This document shows, one piece after another, positions 50,901 through 63,025 of a DNA stretch of 64,000 nucleotides; positions within the stretch are counted from its first letter, which is position 1, and every line of letters starts with the position of its first letter. Both the position numbers and the translations under genes were made by a program. Below the pieces are notes generated by a model. The model saw nothing but the letters and a program-made list of their open reading frames with translations, did no database searches and was not told the DNA's origin. Source of the DNA: Podarcis tiliguerta (Eukaryota); the NCBI GenBank assembly GCA_965153285.1, contig OZ229114.1; one strand, given 5' to 3'.

Positions 50901-53900
50901 GTGTGATCAGAAGGGTGATCACGCAATCAGTTATTCAGAAATAGTGAGGGGAGAAAGTTAGGTGAAGAGATGACCTCAAAAGAATGCTCTTTGTTATCCT
51001 CCAGCCTGTAATCCAGAAGAACACTAAGAGACATAATACTGCAGTCAAACTTTCCGCTTTTGGCTGCCCAGTTAGGATGCACAATGATTGCTGGCTCATC
51101 AGGCAAGATGTATCGCCTCTCTCGACGTTGGCGTTCCACTTCCTCTAAGCGTTTCCTTTCTTCTTCCTAAAGATTTGAAAAAAGGAATTTGGAGTGGAGA
51201 CGTCAGAGTATGAACTTCAAATATTTACTTCTTGAGGAGGGTGAAAAGGCAGGGGGAGTGGGGAGAGCCACATACTCAGTTGTTTACTGGACACTTCGAT
51301 TCCCTTCCCCTATGTGAATGTTATATGCATGCTAGCGAGGACACTCCATGACAGAACCTGGAGAGTCAGCCTAGTGTGGGAGTGACTGGCGAGACCCAGG
51401 TTCAAATTTTCACTCAGTGATCAAGATCCTTGGGTCAATTTCTCTTACCCTAAGACACCCAAGATTAAGGAGATGAGAGATGATGTATCCTGCATTTGAG
51501 GAAAAGGAGAGCATATTTCTTCTCTACGAAGCAAAGGCCTAACCAGCACTACGTTGTGGCTGGAAATTTATTTAACTCTAATGTAACTTAACAAGCCCTG
51601 TTATTTAGTGTTCTTAGCACTAGCAATGTTTATTGCAACAAGGAAGATGCACATACAAATAGAGATGTAGACATAAATGGCTTAGAAGCTCCTTCCCATG
51701 CTACTGCCACCTTTCCTCAGGGGCTAGGTAACACTGGGGACAAGACCCTGTAGCTTTTGGATTGGTATGGCAGTAAGTTATGAGAAAGCAGCCCCCAACA
51801 ACTACAATATGCATGCGTAAGATCAGTCCTTACTCTTATTATGAAGATCTTCCTATCACACACAAACACACCTGAAGTTCAGCTTAATAATGAACTAAAC
51901 GTTTACTAATGAACATTTTCTACCTAAGTAAATCCACTAGACTTCTACCTCTTTGTCATCTTCAGACTTCCTCTCTTCCTCCTCTTCATCTTCCTTTTCA
52001 GACTTCTCCAATTCTTTCTGTTCTTCCTTCTGCTCTTCCACTTTGAGTTGCTTTGTTAGTCGGGCTATCAGCTGGGATTTCAAGCCCTTTGAGCTAAGAG
52101 TTCGGCTTTCTAATTCTTTGCGTAAGTCATTAACCTAGTTGATAAATATTACAGTGAGCATTCAATTCACAATTTAGTATTTATATAATCAAACCTATTC
52201 AGAGACAAGCACATCTCAAATTACTGAAATATAAGGCAAGCAAAACTTGGCAAAAGTCACAAAGCTTCATTTTTTAAAAATTCATGATAGATTTTCCCCA
52301 GTGATTTGTATCAGTGATTTTAATAGATGTCACTCATTTAAAAAGATCAAAGCAACAGAAATTCTCAATAACTGTACTACCTTCAGAAAAGAAACAATAC
52401 TGCAATATTTACTAGACTTTGTAATGTAATGTAATACTGAAGTCTTCAGCTATGGTTACCTTCATTGCCTTTGGGTCAAGTTTGGACCAATGAGTAGGAG
52501 TAGAAATCTCTTTTGCTTCCCCATCATCCTTCTCCTCTTCATCCTAAAAAATGAAATAAAGTCATCATCCTTCAGAAAGCTTCAAAGTGAATATGATTCT
52601 TTCTTAATTCTGCAGCTGACCTGGGCAAGGCCACAACTGTTTCATCAGACAGTCTTCTCCTAAAGTTACCATTTCAACAAAGCCACATACACACATTCTA
52701 CTAGTTTATAACAGTGCCTCTCTCATCAGCCAATAAGAGCCATCTCTGTGAAACACAAAAGGGTGATAAAGAACAACAACACAAAGATCACCGGGGACAC
52801 ACAGACACTGCTGGTCACCACCAACCACACAGTGTATGATATCCCCCAATTTTCAAACCACCCAAAATACTCCTCATTTTGTTAGACCTTTTTACATTTA
52901 CCAAGTTGCCAATCAGCCAGATAAGATTCTTTTAGGCTATGTTATTTCAATGTCTTGCCTATTTCAAAGTACCATTATTAATATTATTTTTTAAAAGGCT
53001 AACACATGGGAGAAAAAATAAAAGTTTTTTGTTTTTTTGGTAGAACGGCAAAATGCTTAACACAACTTTTAAAACTGAAATCTTAACTCAATAACTGGTC
53101 CCAGATTCCAGCAACTAGTTCTAAGATTACAAAGATTTGTGCATGGAGTGCACAGCTTAAATTCCACTTGTTGCATCAGTATACACTTAAGTTGGTACAC
53201 TAGCTGTAATTAAACACAAGTAAGTTCTACACTGCTGAAAGCTGGTTTACCAGTCATTGTTACCAATTATGTTCCTCCTAGGTATGTTTGCGGTGTAGCA
53301 TGTGGTGTGCATTTTGTGCCTGTGTTCCTGCGCCNNNNNNNNNNNNNNNNNNNNNNNNNNNNNNNNNNNNNNNNNNNNNNNNNNNNNNNNNNNNNNNNNN
53401 NNNNNNNNNNNNNNNNNNNNNNNNNNNNNNNNNNNNNNNNNNNNNNNNNNNNNNNNNNNNNNNNNNNNNNNNNNNNNNNNNNNNNNNNNNNNNNNNNNNN
53501 NNNNNNNNNNNNNNNNNNNNNNNNNNNNNNNNNNNNNNNNNNNNNNNNNNNNNNNNNNNNNNNNNNNNNNNNNNNNNNNNNNNNNNNNNNNNNNNNNNNN
53601 NNNNNNNNNNNNNNNNNNNNNNNNNNNNNNNNNNTTACAGAGCCTAGATCACTGTAGCACATCAAGTAAAGCAACTTTGCTGCGACAACCTGAATTTTTT
53701 CTAAAGAAAAAAAATATGAAAGCCATATGTTCTCTTTGAAAAACTTGTGTACAATGCATTATAAGACATCTGCTAGGGAATAAATTTAAAAAAGCTGAAG
53801 GCAATTGTTTTTGCACTTGGCACTAAAATGTGCCATTTCATCTGACTTGGGAGGAAATAAAAGATAAAAGATGAACTCTTTTTTTTTGTATTTATTGTTG

Positions 53901-56900
53901 GAAGGTGCTCATTCACAAAGCGATCGACAGCTGATTAACACAAGTAGTAAATCGACCAAGAGAAAATATGGCTGCCCCAAACATCTAATTATTTATAAAC
54001 ACGAGAATAATGAAATGAAGTTTCCTTGGCGATCTCCTCCAGCTATGCGTGAAATGAAAGAATATTTTAACATACAAGCATTGCAAAGTTCAAACAACAA
54101 ATACAAACACATTATTTAAAGTTCATTGTTCTTCAAACCTTTTGGCACCAAAATCACATTTGCGTTGTCAACTAGGATATCACTTTGAGTAGTTTGCTTG
54201 CACAGCTACTACCAGCTGCTGATAAAGAAGTGGTTGATTTTGCCCAAATCATTTCCACGAGGATTTTAAGCATGCTGCTATTTCATCAAAATGTTTTTAA
54301 GAATGTAGTACTTACCATTGTGTGCATACACTTAAATCAATCCCTGTTAGTGCCCTGCAACAACGGATGGCAGTTTTAATCAGCACAGATGGGTCCTTCT
54401 CCGGCTCAGGTCCATCCAGTGAGGGAGACCAGTGTCCACCAATAGCCATGGCTTCATCTTTACCTTTCATACCCACTAAAAACTAGAGAAGAAAAGGCTA
54501 CTTAGCACTTCCAAGAAAAAAAAAGATTATCCAAAATGCAAAAAAAGGGTAGAATCCTATGCTGCAATGATTTCCGATTGTTCAACTGGACTCTACTTTC
54601 TTCTTCTGAATGCCCTACAGCAGGCTTCCTCAACCTCGGCCCTCCAGATGTTTTTGGCCTACAACTCCCATGATCCCTAGCTAGAAGGACCAGCGGTCAG
54701 GGATGATGGGAACTGTAGTCTCAAAACATCTGGAGGGCCGAAGTTAAGGAAGCCTGCCCTACAGTCTCCCAAAACCCTGAAGAGTGATGAAGTCCACTCT
54801 GCATTGGATACAACCCATTAAAATTACACATACCTGTTTGTCAGTTTACACGCCATCACAAGCAGTTATCCCTAATCTGCAAGAATGACAGCACAATTCT
54901 ATACATGACTACCATGGGCATAATCCCAGGTAAGGGAATACAGTTTTGCAGCCTAAGTCTTGCTCAAGAATGAGTTCAGTTTTGTTTTTCCACATTGCAT
55001 TTCAGTAATGGAATAGGTTTAAACATCATTACTCATTCATTCTGCAAGACTTCCGAACAGTTTGTCATCATAGAAAAATGCTTTAAACAACAGATTAAAA
55101 TAATATTCTGTACTGTAAAATCAGGGGCTTATAGAATTGTTCACTGACATAACATTGAGAGTTTAAAAGTATTTTAGCCAGAAACATAAGAAGGTATTTT
55201 CTTGGAAGTAGGTTCCAAGGGAGAAAAGGAGAACTTGCTTCACAGTAAATATGCATAGGATTATACTGATGGTTTCACGGTGTCTATGGGAAACCCCCCT
55301 CCCATTTCTCTCAAGGTGATGTTATTTGCTTTCAAGACGCAAAAAACACCTTACTAGCTTGGATCTAAAGATTCTGTTGTGTGAACAAAGTCTCACGGAA
55401 GATCCAGAGCAGTTTGGGAGCAGGGGGAATTGGCAACAACCTTCTCTCCTCCTGCTCACGCACAAGGAAAGGGCTTTCTCCAATGCAACAGATCTAAGTC
55501 CATTTTAAAAAATGAAACTAGTCCTGTGAATGGTTTGGAAGACCACATGCTTCAGCAGTGCTGAAAGCAAAAAACATGCAAACCATGTTAATAATTTGGA
55601 TGGGGGACTACAGGGGGCCTCCTGTAAGAATAATATATAAAACACATTTCAAAAGTAATTATTTGTGTCCATATAGGAATTCTATGTCCCCAACATAAAG
55701 AAAACTATGTGGAAAGCTTGTACTTGCATCAATTTTCCAGCAAAATTTTTAAGTTCATGTTTGTTTGCTAGAAACGCATATTTTTACCTTTATGAGTCTA
55801 GCAGGATGTTGAAAACCATCCCGGAGCTCTTGTGGATCTTCAGCAAGAGCACATGATTTGTGATAGAGATCTTCCATGCTAGGACTGGCCATGAGCATCA
55901 CCTGTTAAAGTAATATGACAAAAAAAAAAAAAAAGACAAGACAACGTAATGAAGCTATGATTCAAAGCTTGGTATCTTACACTTAACTGCTAAACTCAAT
56001 AGGACTAGGGTTATTTAACTAGGGTTAAATATCCAAAAATATCAATGAAATCATCACTTGATTTTAAATTCCTAACAGCATCTAACATGTCCAAAGCACA
56101 AAATAAGACTTGTGTAAATTAGCAAGTAGCCTGCAAATCCAAAGCTTCTTGAATTGCCACATACAGTTCATTGCAATCTTGCCAAGATTTTATGCACACA
56201 CAACATGAATCAAGGGCCCAACTAAAGAATCCCTGGGAAGATGTCACCCACTCCGGAAAAAAATAGTTGAAACCGAATCTGGTCCAACTGAGCTTACTGT
56301 TCAGTCAAGATTTGCAACAAAGGTAACATCACTGAAAACCTATGCACAGAAGACAATGGGAATCCCTTCAGAGAAGCATTTCCAAACATTTCTATGCAAG
56401 CAGGAATGATTTAGGTTGTTAGACATACCTTTGCACTGTAAAGATGATCGGCATCTGGTGGATCCAGTACAGAAGTGTTCTTATCCAAAGGATCTACCTC
56501 TCTATGCATTACATAGAAATTGCAGTAGTTTCCTAGCTGAAATGGTCTTGACATAGGAAATGCATCCACCCATGTAAACTGAGCATCAAAGAAGTCACTT
56601 GGGATGTACAAGTTCTGATATCGCCGTCTCAGTTCCATCATATCACAGCTAAGGCTTTAAGCAGTAAGAAAATATATTTTACAACAATAAAAAGAGCTGG
56701 GGCTTAAAAGCAAATTTGTAGCAAGATGCAGAATGAGAACTGAGCTTAAACACTTTTTATAGTTTTGCTTCTACTTTTGACATTACTGAAAAGCAGCTCA
56801 GAGCCATTAGTGTCCACATCTTGGAAGAAAAATACAGTAACTTTATTTTGGGTAATTATTTTTTTAAAAAAATTTGCTTGTTGAAACGTTCTCTGAAACA

Positions 56901-59900
56901 GAACATGCAAATTTTGAAACAAAAATCAAGACTCACAAAAGTTTGATTCAGCCCTTTGTGGAAGCTAAGGTACTTTTTGTCATAGCCATTAAACTTTTAT
57001 CAAGTATCAGAAATATAAAAAAAATGTTTTAATCAGTCAACAAACAAACAAATAAACCCAACCAACACCATTTTTTGTTTTTAGGGTAAGTTGCTTCTCC
57101 AGAAGCTGTTGAACGGTTAGGCAACTGTCAGAGTAAATGGAAATCTCTACAGTCCAGCCATGATCAGGCTTTAGCCGAGGTACAGACAGGTTGGGCAGAA
57201 ACTCCCTGCTTTATCATGATAATCTGAAAGTACACTATTAAGGTGTATACCCTTAATGTATCATATAATACGGTACCATAGAGTTCTCAAAATTCTATAG
57301 CCTATACAAGTCATGAAAATACTGCATTCCCTTCACATTTTCAAGCCTTTGTTCACCCCTTTAAGAGTTAGAAACACGTTCTTTCAAATTAAAGTTGAGA
57401 TTCTGAAAGCACTGAATTCTGCACCCAACTTGCAACATCTTACATATTAGCTAATGCTTTATTGCCAGGTAAACTGTTTCAGCTCTCCACTTTGCAACAT
57501 ATCTGGCTCCAAAATTCCTGTACAATGTCCACAGCCACCCCACACGCTTGTAAAAATGTGTAATACAAAGAGGGTCATTGTGCAGCTGAAAGTTTAAAAA
57601 GCACATCTTAATTTGCACAAAATATTCTGTCTACAGTGGATGGAGGTGGGTGGAGAAAGAACAACATTCAAGTAAAACTGAGTTACATTAAGTAACTTTA
57701 AAGTCAACAAAAATGAAGCTATGTTTCAATTTCTTGGGTTTATTTAATGCATCCTTATTTTATGGCAGTAAGAGACCTTCCACAGAAAAATATGAAATAG
57801 CAAATTTGACACCAAGATAACATACCAGTCTAATGAGAACTTGGAAAACTGGACCGTGTAACGGGGTACAACACGTCGGGGTCTTCGGGGTGATCGTTCC
57901 CTCTCTCGCCGAGGTGATCTTTCTCTAGAGCGTTTTCTCTGGGGTGATCTTTCCCGTGACCTACGTCTCTCACGCTCCCTTTCACGACTTAACCATGTGT
58001 GAAATACAAATGTCTTGTTTTAGCGTCTACCATTATGAACGCAGATCTCACATGCCTATAACTCTAGAACCAACAGCAACAAACATCAAAACATACAGAA
58101 CTTCCATTCTCAAATCATCATTAACAAAACTGAACAGTACTTACATTCAAACTTCAAATACTTAAATTATTTGCTGTCTGTAATATGTACAGAAAATTGA
58201 GAGGAATTTTTGTATCACACCTTCTGTCATCTTTTCTGTTAGCCATGGGGTCTCCTCTGTCATTTCGCCCCGAAAATCTGGGTGGTGGATCTAATCTCCG
58301 TGCTGGCTGAGGCTGTGAAACTATTCGAACAGGGGGCTGCAGCAAACCAGCTAGGAGGGGGGGAAAATCCCACAAGTTCTTAAGAATTTCATATCAGTAA
58401 GCAAATTATAACAAAAAAATGTAGCTTATTTGTTGGACTATCCGTTTTCATGCTTTTTTAATAGCATAGAACATTTGCTCATTTGTTTTGCAGAAATGAA
58501 TGTGGCAGCAATCCAACAATCAGCTAATAACAATAGGTATAAGCAACATAAGGTTTCTCATATTTAATCCAATGGGATGCATTCATTTAACTCTTCAAAT
58601 TATAAAGGCAAGATGATGAATTTTTCTTCCTCAATGCAAGCCTCATCATACTGCAGCTAGTTTCACTTTAACAGAATTCAAGGGGAGGGACACAACTCTG
58701 AACAAAATGGTTCAAGAGAACATTATATTGATTGAATGCTTTAAACCTACATTACTCAGAAAATATTAACATGCTGGAAGATTTTGACTCAACCATTCAG
58801 TTTCCAGCAATGTGGGGTGTAAATCAGTGTCCATTTCAACAAAATACTGCTCTTGCTGTTTATTCTGAAGACCAGTCCTCACTTTGAGGCTGTTTGTTCA
58901 TCACATCCCCCCTGCTTAACACTTCTCAATATCTGATAGGGAAGCCAGTGCACGTAATCAGGCAGTGACTACATGCTGGAGAGTCACTGCTAATCAGTAA
59001 GCATTCAGAGACATGCAGCTTGCCCTCAAGCATGACAGTTGTTCACAAGAACACACAAGATGGGGGGAAAGGGTCACAAATAATTGCCAAGTAGTCTGAA
59101 CTGGCCCTCAAATCATCAACAATTTATCATTTCTGTTGCTATAACTCCTCAATGATTGCCTCATTAAGCACTGTGAGACGGCAATGCCATAAACTACAAC
59201 ATGTACAACAGATAGCGGTTACTCTCATCAACTGGGCAATCCACAGTTCTCTGCAGCAAAGGAAAAGAGGTCTAGATTAGACTCAAGCTGTAGGAAAGAA
59301 AACTGAGCAACAGTACTCAAGAAAATGTCTACCAGAGCATATAACAGCATGCAATTGTGCCAGATGTCACACAACAGGATGAACCTCAGAAATAGTGCAA
59401 GCATATACAAAGTCCACAGAGCAGAAGGAGGCCTAAGAAAGAACATGAGGGCAAAGCAGATTTAAAACCAAACCAAACAAGGTAACTTCTCCTGAGTTCA
59501 GATTGCTCAAGTAAAGTCCAAAACATCAACAGTTTCTATGTAGACACTAAACAGGTTCTCTTGAAGGTTAAGGCTCCATATCAATGACACCCATCTTTTT
59601 TATTTACCTCTTCAGAAACCACAGAACTAGTCAATTTACCAGCCCTGCTGCCAACCTATTTTATGCAAGAAGTAACCGCAAAGTGATTAAGAATTCTAGT
59701 GCTACAACGTTTTTTAGAGGTTTATTTAGAGGTTTTTTAGAGGTTCTTAATGGAGGCCCGTGGAGGGGCTCATTTTTATTCTTTAGAAGGATGAAGCATG
59801 GTATTCTACAGCTGATGTTAAAATGCATATATATTACGGATACTAACAGGCAACACAAAGTTTAGACCATGGTTATAAACAAATAGCATATCCACAGAGA

Positions 59901-62508
59901 ACCTGGATTACAAAATGTGTGGCTGGGTTCTACATTCCAATCATAACATTATGAGAATGTGCTATAGTGAATGTCAGGTTTATGAGCTACATTCCCACCT
60001 TTTGCACACAAGGCTTCCTGTTGCAGTTTGCAACAAGGCAGTTTCCCATTTCATCTGAATATGGGAATGTGTGGTTTATACATATCATAGCTAGTTAAAT
60101 GAGAATTGAACTTGGTTAAATAACCATGGTTTGTATAAGCAGTTTTCCATGCTGGGATAAAATTGGAAATTGTGGTTACAAACAGCAATTGGAAGCTTTA
60201 ACGTCTATACCCTGCGTGTGTGGGAATATGTAAGCCTGAAGTTCCCATCACAACAAATCATGGTTTGTTCTGACTTCAAAATGCAGTATCTCTATTGCAC
60301 TACAGCTTACAAGGTAAACTGAAGACCATATAGCCTTGATACTATTCAGTCAGTTATATTCTTCTACATTTTTTTTTGGAAAAGAAAACATCCAATATAT
60401 GTCAAGTTCTGAAGAAATACCTTTCTGCTGTGGCTGTTGTAACAAAGGCTGTGGTTGTGTCTGAAGCAAAGGTGTAATAGAAGCCGCTGATATCTGTGCC
60501 TGTAACAGCGACTGTGGCTGCGGCTGTGGCTGCACACTGAAAGCAGTCTGCTGTGCAATAGGCTGAAGTACAGGTGGAGGAGTCTTGAGTAAAGGCTGGG
60601 TTTGAGTCTGGTTCTAATGAGGAGGAAAAAGGGAACAACTTGTGAATCAGCTTTACACTAAAGGCGCCAACAAGAGTCAGACTGAGTGGCTGGATATACC
60701 TGATTTGGTAGAGTCTGAATTCTCTGCGCATTCCATTTGAAAGGCATATTAGGGTTATATGTTGCTTCTACCAAAACTCTGTCTCCTACTTGAGGACTCT
60801 TCCCTTTCACAGCACTGCAAAATGAAAAGAGTCGCATGATTAGACATCACGCTACCATAATTCTCGATAAACTTATTTCTCTATATTATTTCTCATGCAT
60901 TTTATTAGTATCACCACTTGTGCACGTATGGTAGAATTAAGTTACCTGAGCTGGAAGAATACATCTTCATCCACAAAACCAAACGTGTCATGCAGCTTGG
61001 TAACTACTCCAGTGAAGACACGCTGCTTCTGTGGCTGGCTCTGCTGCTGACTTGACCGAGGTGCTGGATAAGAAACAGTTATCTGTGCTGCTGGCTGAGG
61101 AGTAGACAGGCTAAGGCTTGTTGGCAGTGCCACAGCTGGCTGCGTGCAAAATTAAACATGAAATTATGTAAGCATTGACAATCTTCTAAATAGTATAGCT
61201 GAAATAATGATAATAACAATTTGTATTTATTCAATTTATTACCCATTCTTCACCATCAGGTCCCAACAATTTAAAATTCAATATTTAAAATGTATTTTTT
61301 AAATTACATCCATAGGAATAGGGTGGGTTCTGAAAACATGTCTCAGGTGTCAAAGGCCACACACTCTGAAAAATTATTTTGAACTAAAGTTGCATTGTAC
61401 GAAGTGCAAAAAACTATGCCTTCTTACATTGGGGGAGAAAAAAAACAGGTAAACCTTGATTTTTCTCCTATCAAACTGCAGTTGCACAAGCTGGTTCAAC
61501 CAATATATCAAAACCCCACCTGCTTATTATGGTAGCCATTTCTTCCAAATCATTTCCTCAAACTGTAGGCTTATTTGTATTTCTATAAAAATAACCTCAA
61601 ACATGAAAACTGTAAATGAACATCAGAACACAGAAATGCATTCAGACTAGCACCAACCATGATCTGGAAGCAGAGATTGTTTTTCAGTTGCTACATATTC
61701 GATGTTTCCCAAGAACATTTCCAGATTTTGAATTTTGCTTCTATTATTTAATTTGTGTCGATGATCTTTTCGGCAACCTATTCTTTCCTATGCTATATTT
61801 TGATCTCCCTAAAGTGGTTATGCACATTGAAACATATGTTTAAAATGTTTTCTGAAAGACTAGCACACAGACAAAAATATGAATGAATATCTTACATTGC
61901 TGCAAAATGTTTCAGAATTTTCAAGTGCAATATAGGCTGCCTTGCCGGGGCCGGGACTGTATGTACCTTTTGTCCACTACTTTTTATGAACATAAAATAA
62001 TTACTTTCCTGTCCTAAGAAAAGTCTCTTCAAATATCTGTATACTACTTACAGCACAATCCTATGCAGGTTTACTTAGAAGTAAATTTCATCATATTCAA
62101 TAGAGATTACTTCCTAGTAAGTGTGTGCACAGAATGGCAGCCTAAGTTTCTAGTCTTAACCATTGGTGTAAATATCTAAAAACTTAAAAGCATCAACAGA
62201 AGTCTAAGAGAAAATATGCATTAGAAATACCCCTTCTAATGACATGAAATTAATATCTCTCTATAACAGTAGAACTACAAGGGCACTTATATTTTGGTTT
62301 GGGAAGGGGAGGTAATCAAAGGGATAAAGAACACATTGGACTGAACTACCAGTTGTCTGTATTACATGAGACGTAATAAAGGTACCATTATTGTTTAAAA
62401 CTTTAAAAAAAAGCAGAGCTGACAAGTGCACAGGCAAATTTATTATACAGTGATGAAGGCTTTAATAAAACTAACCTGGGTTAGAAGAGTTTGTTGAGGT
62501 TGCTGCAA
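44986..62508 (-). CDS. CCAR1: Cell division cycle and apoptosis regulator 1 (CARP-1), exons 5-25; 5' exons outside the window; exon 14 not in the sequenced bases
   Basis: Exons: 62476-62508 (LQQPQQTLLTQ), 60946-61139 and 60700-60814 (S1-like domain: VFTGVVTKLHDTFGFVDEDVFFQ), 60421-60613, 58221-58350, 57826-57987 (RS-rich), 56429-56654, 55788-55901, 54316-54482, [exon 14 missing], 52460-52543, 51949-52134 (SAP domain VNDLRKELESR...), 50975-51166, 49790-50023, 49020-49131, 48552-48634, 47964-48110 (EF-hand-like FVYFDQCHCGYL), 47429-47549, 46779-46964, 46263-46468, 44986-45039 (DIVKIEDQKSKENGANV*). All GT-AG. Confidence 0.96.
45676..46060 (-). mobile_element. CR1-like LINE 3' fragment
   Basis: Similar to the 19135 element (GAAGAGCCCTGCTGGA...TTCCCAGCAGTTGGAATTC...GTTGGTGGCCATCACTAC). 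Boundaries approximate. Confidence 0.55.
53335..53634. other. Assembly gap (300 N), probably containing CCAR1 exon 14
   Basis: Run of N between exon 13 (ends phase 2) and exon 15 (starts phase 0). The expected YRFAEIRYHRPEE... exon is not found in the flanks. Confidence 0.9.
54621..54756. mobile_element. hAT-type MITE
   Basis: TIRs CAGGCTTCCT/AGGAAGCCTG, internally palindromic, perfect 8-bp TSD CCCTACAG (54613-54620 / 54757-54764). Confidence 0.88.
54972..55034 (-). ncRNA. SNORD98: Box C/D snoRNA SNORD98 (guide for 18S rRNA 2'-O-methylation), in CCAR1 intron 12
   Basis: Minus strand GAGTA-ATGATGT-TTAAA-CCTATTCCATTA-CTGA-AATGCAATGTGGAAAAACAAAA-CTGA-ACTC. It has a C box, D' and D boxes, and a terminal stem GAATGAGT/ACTCATTC. 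The guide CCTATTCCATTA is complementary to 18S UAAUGGAAUAGG. It closely resembles human SNORD98, whose host gene is CCAR1. Confidence 0.92.
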
Positions 62509-62847
62509 CTTAAAAAATACAAGACCATGAATTAGTTATAGTGCTTTGTGCAAGTCCAGCTTCCTCTTTAGCCATATTTAGCTTTGAGAAACAGCTGCAA
62601 AATGTTTTCATGATTGCCTATACCTGCATTCTAGCATATTATTTATCCATACAATAGCTGCTCTTTATGTAGTTTTGGCCAACACTTAGCTTTCCTCTCT
62701 TGCAGAGTAGTCCAAACTCCCCTTGTGCTAGGCTCAGAGGGGATGAATTAAGTGGTGTCCCTCTGCTCAGCAATACTGGTCTTCCATCAGCTGCCACCAC
62801 CAGGAGGACAGAAGCATCACTTTGCTGCCAGAATGGGTGTATGGAAG

Positions 62848-63025
62848 GAACGGCGTTTCCGTGCGCTGCTCTGGTTCACCAGAAGCGGCTTAGTCATGCT
62901 GGCCACATGACCCGGAAGCTGCCTGCGGACTAAGGCCAGCTCCCTCGGCCTATAGAGCAAGATGAGTGCACAACCCGAGAGTCGTCCGCGACTGGACCTA
63001 GCGGTTAGGGGTAGCTTTACCTTTT
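62848..63025 (+). mobile_element. Sauria SINE, 5'-truncated
   Basis: Reverse complement of the 3' half of the other two copies (AGAAGCGGCTTAGTCATGCTGGCCACATGACCCGGAAGCTG), ending in CTTTACCTTTT. Confidence 0.85.

Noticed and set aside
53267-53739. ORFs containing X runs
   Set aside because: Artefacts of the N gap.
14160-58650. Other RTGATGA motifs in introns (e.g. 14253, 56051, 58117, 58644) as extra snoRNAs
   Set aside because: No suitably spaced D box, terminal stem or rRNA-complementary guide seen.
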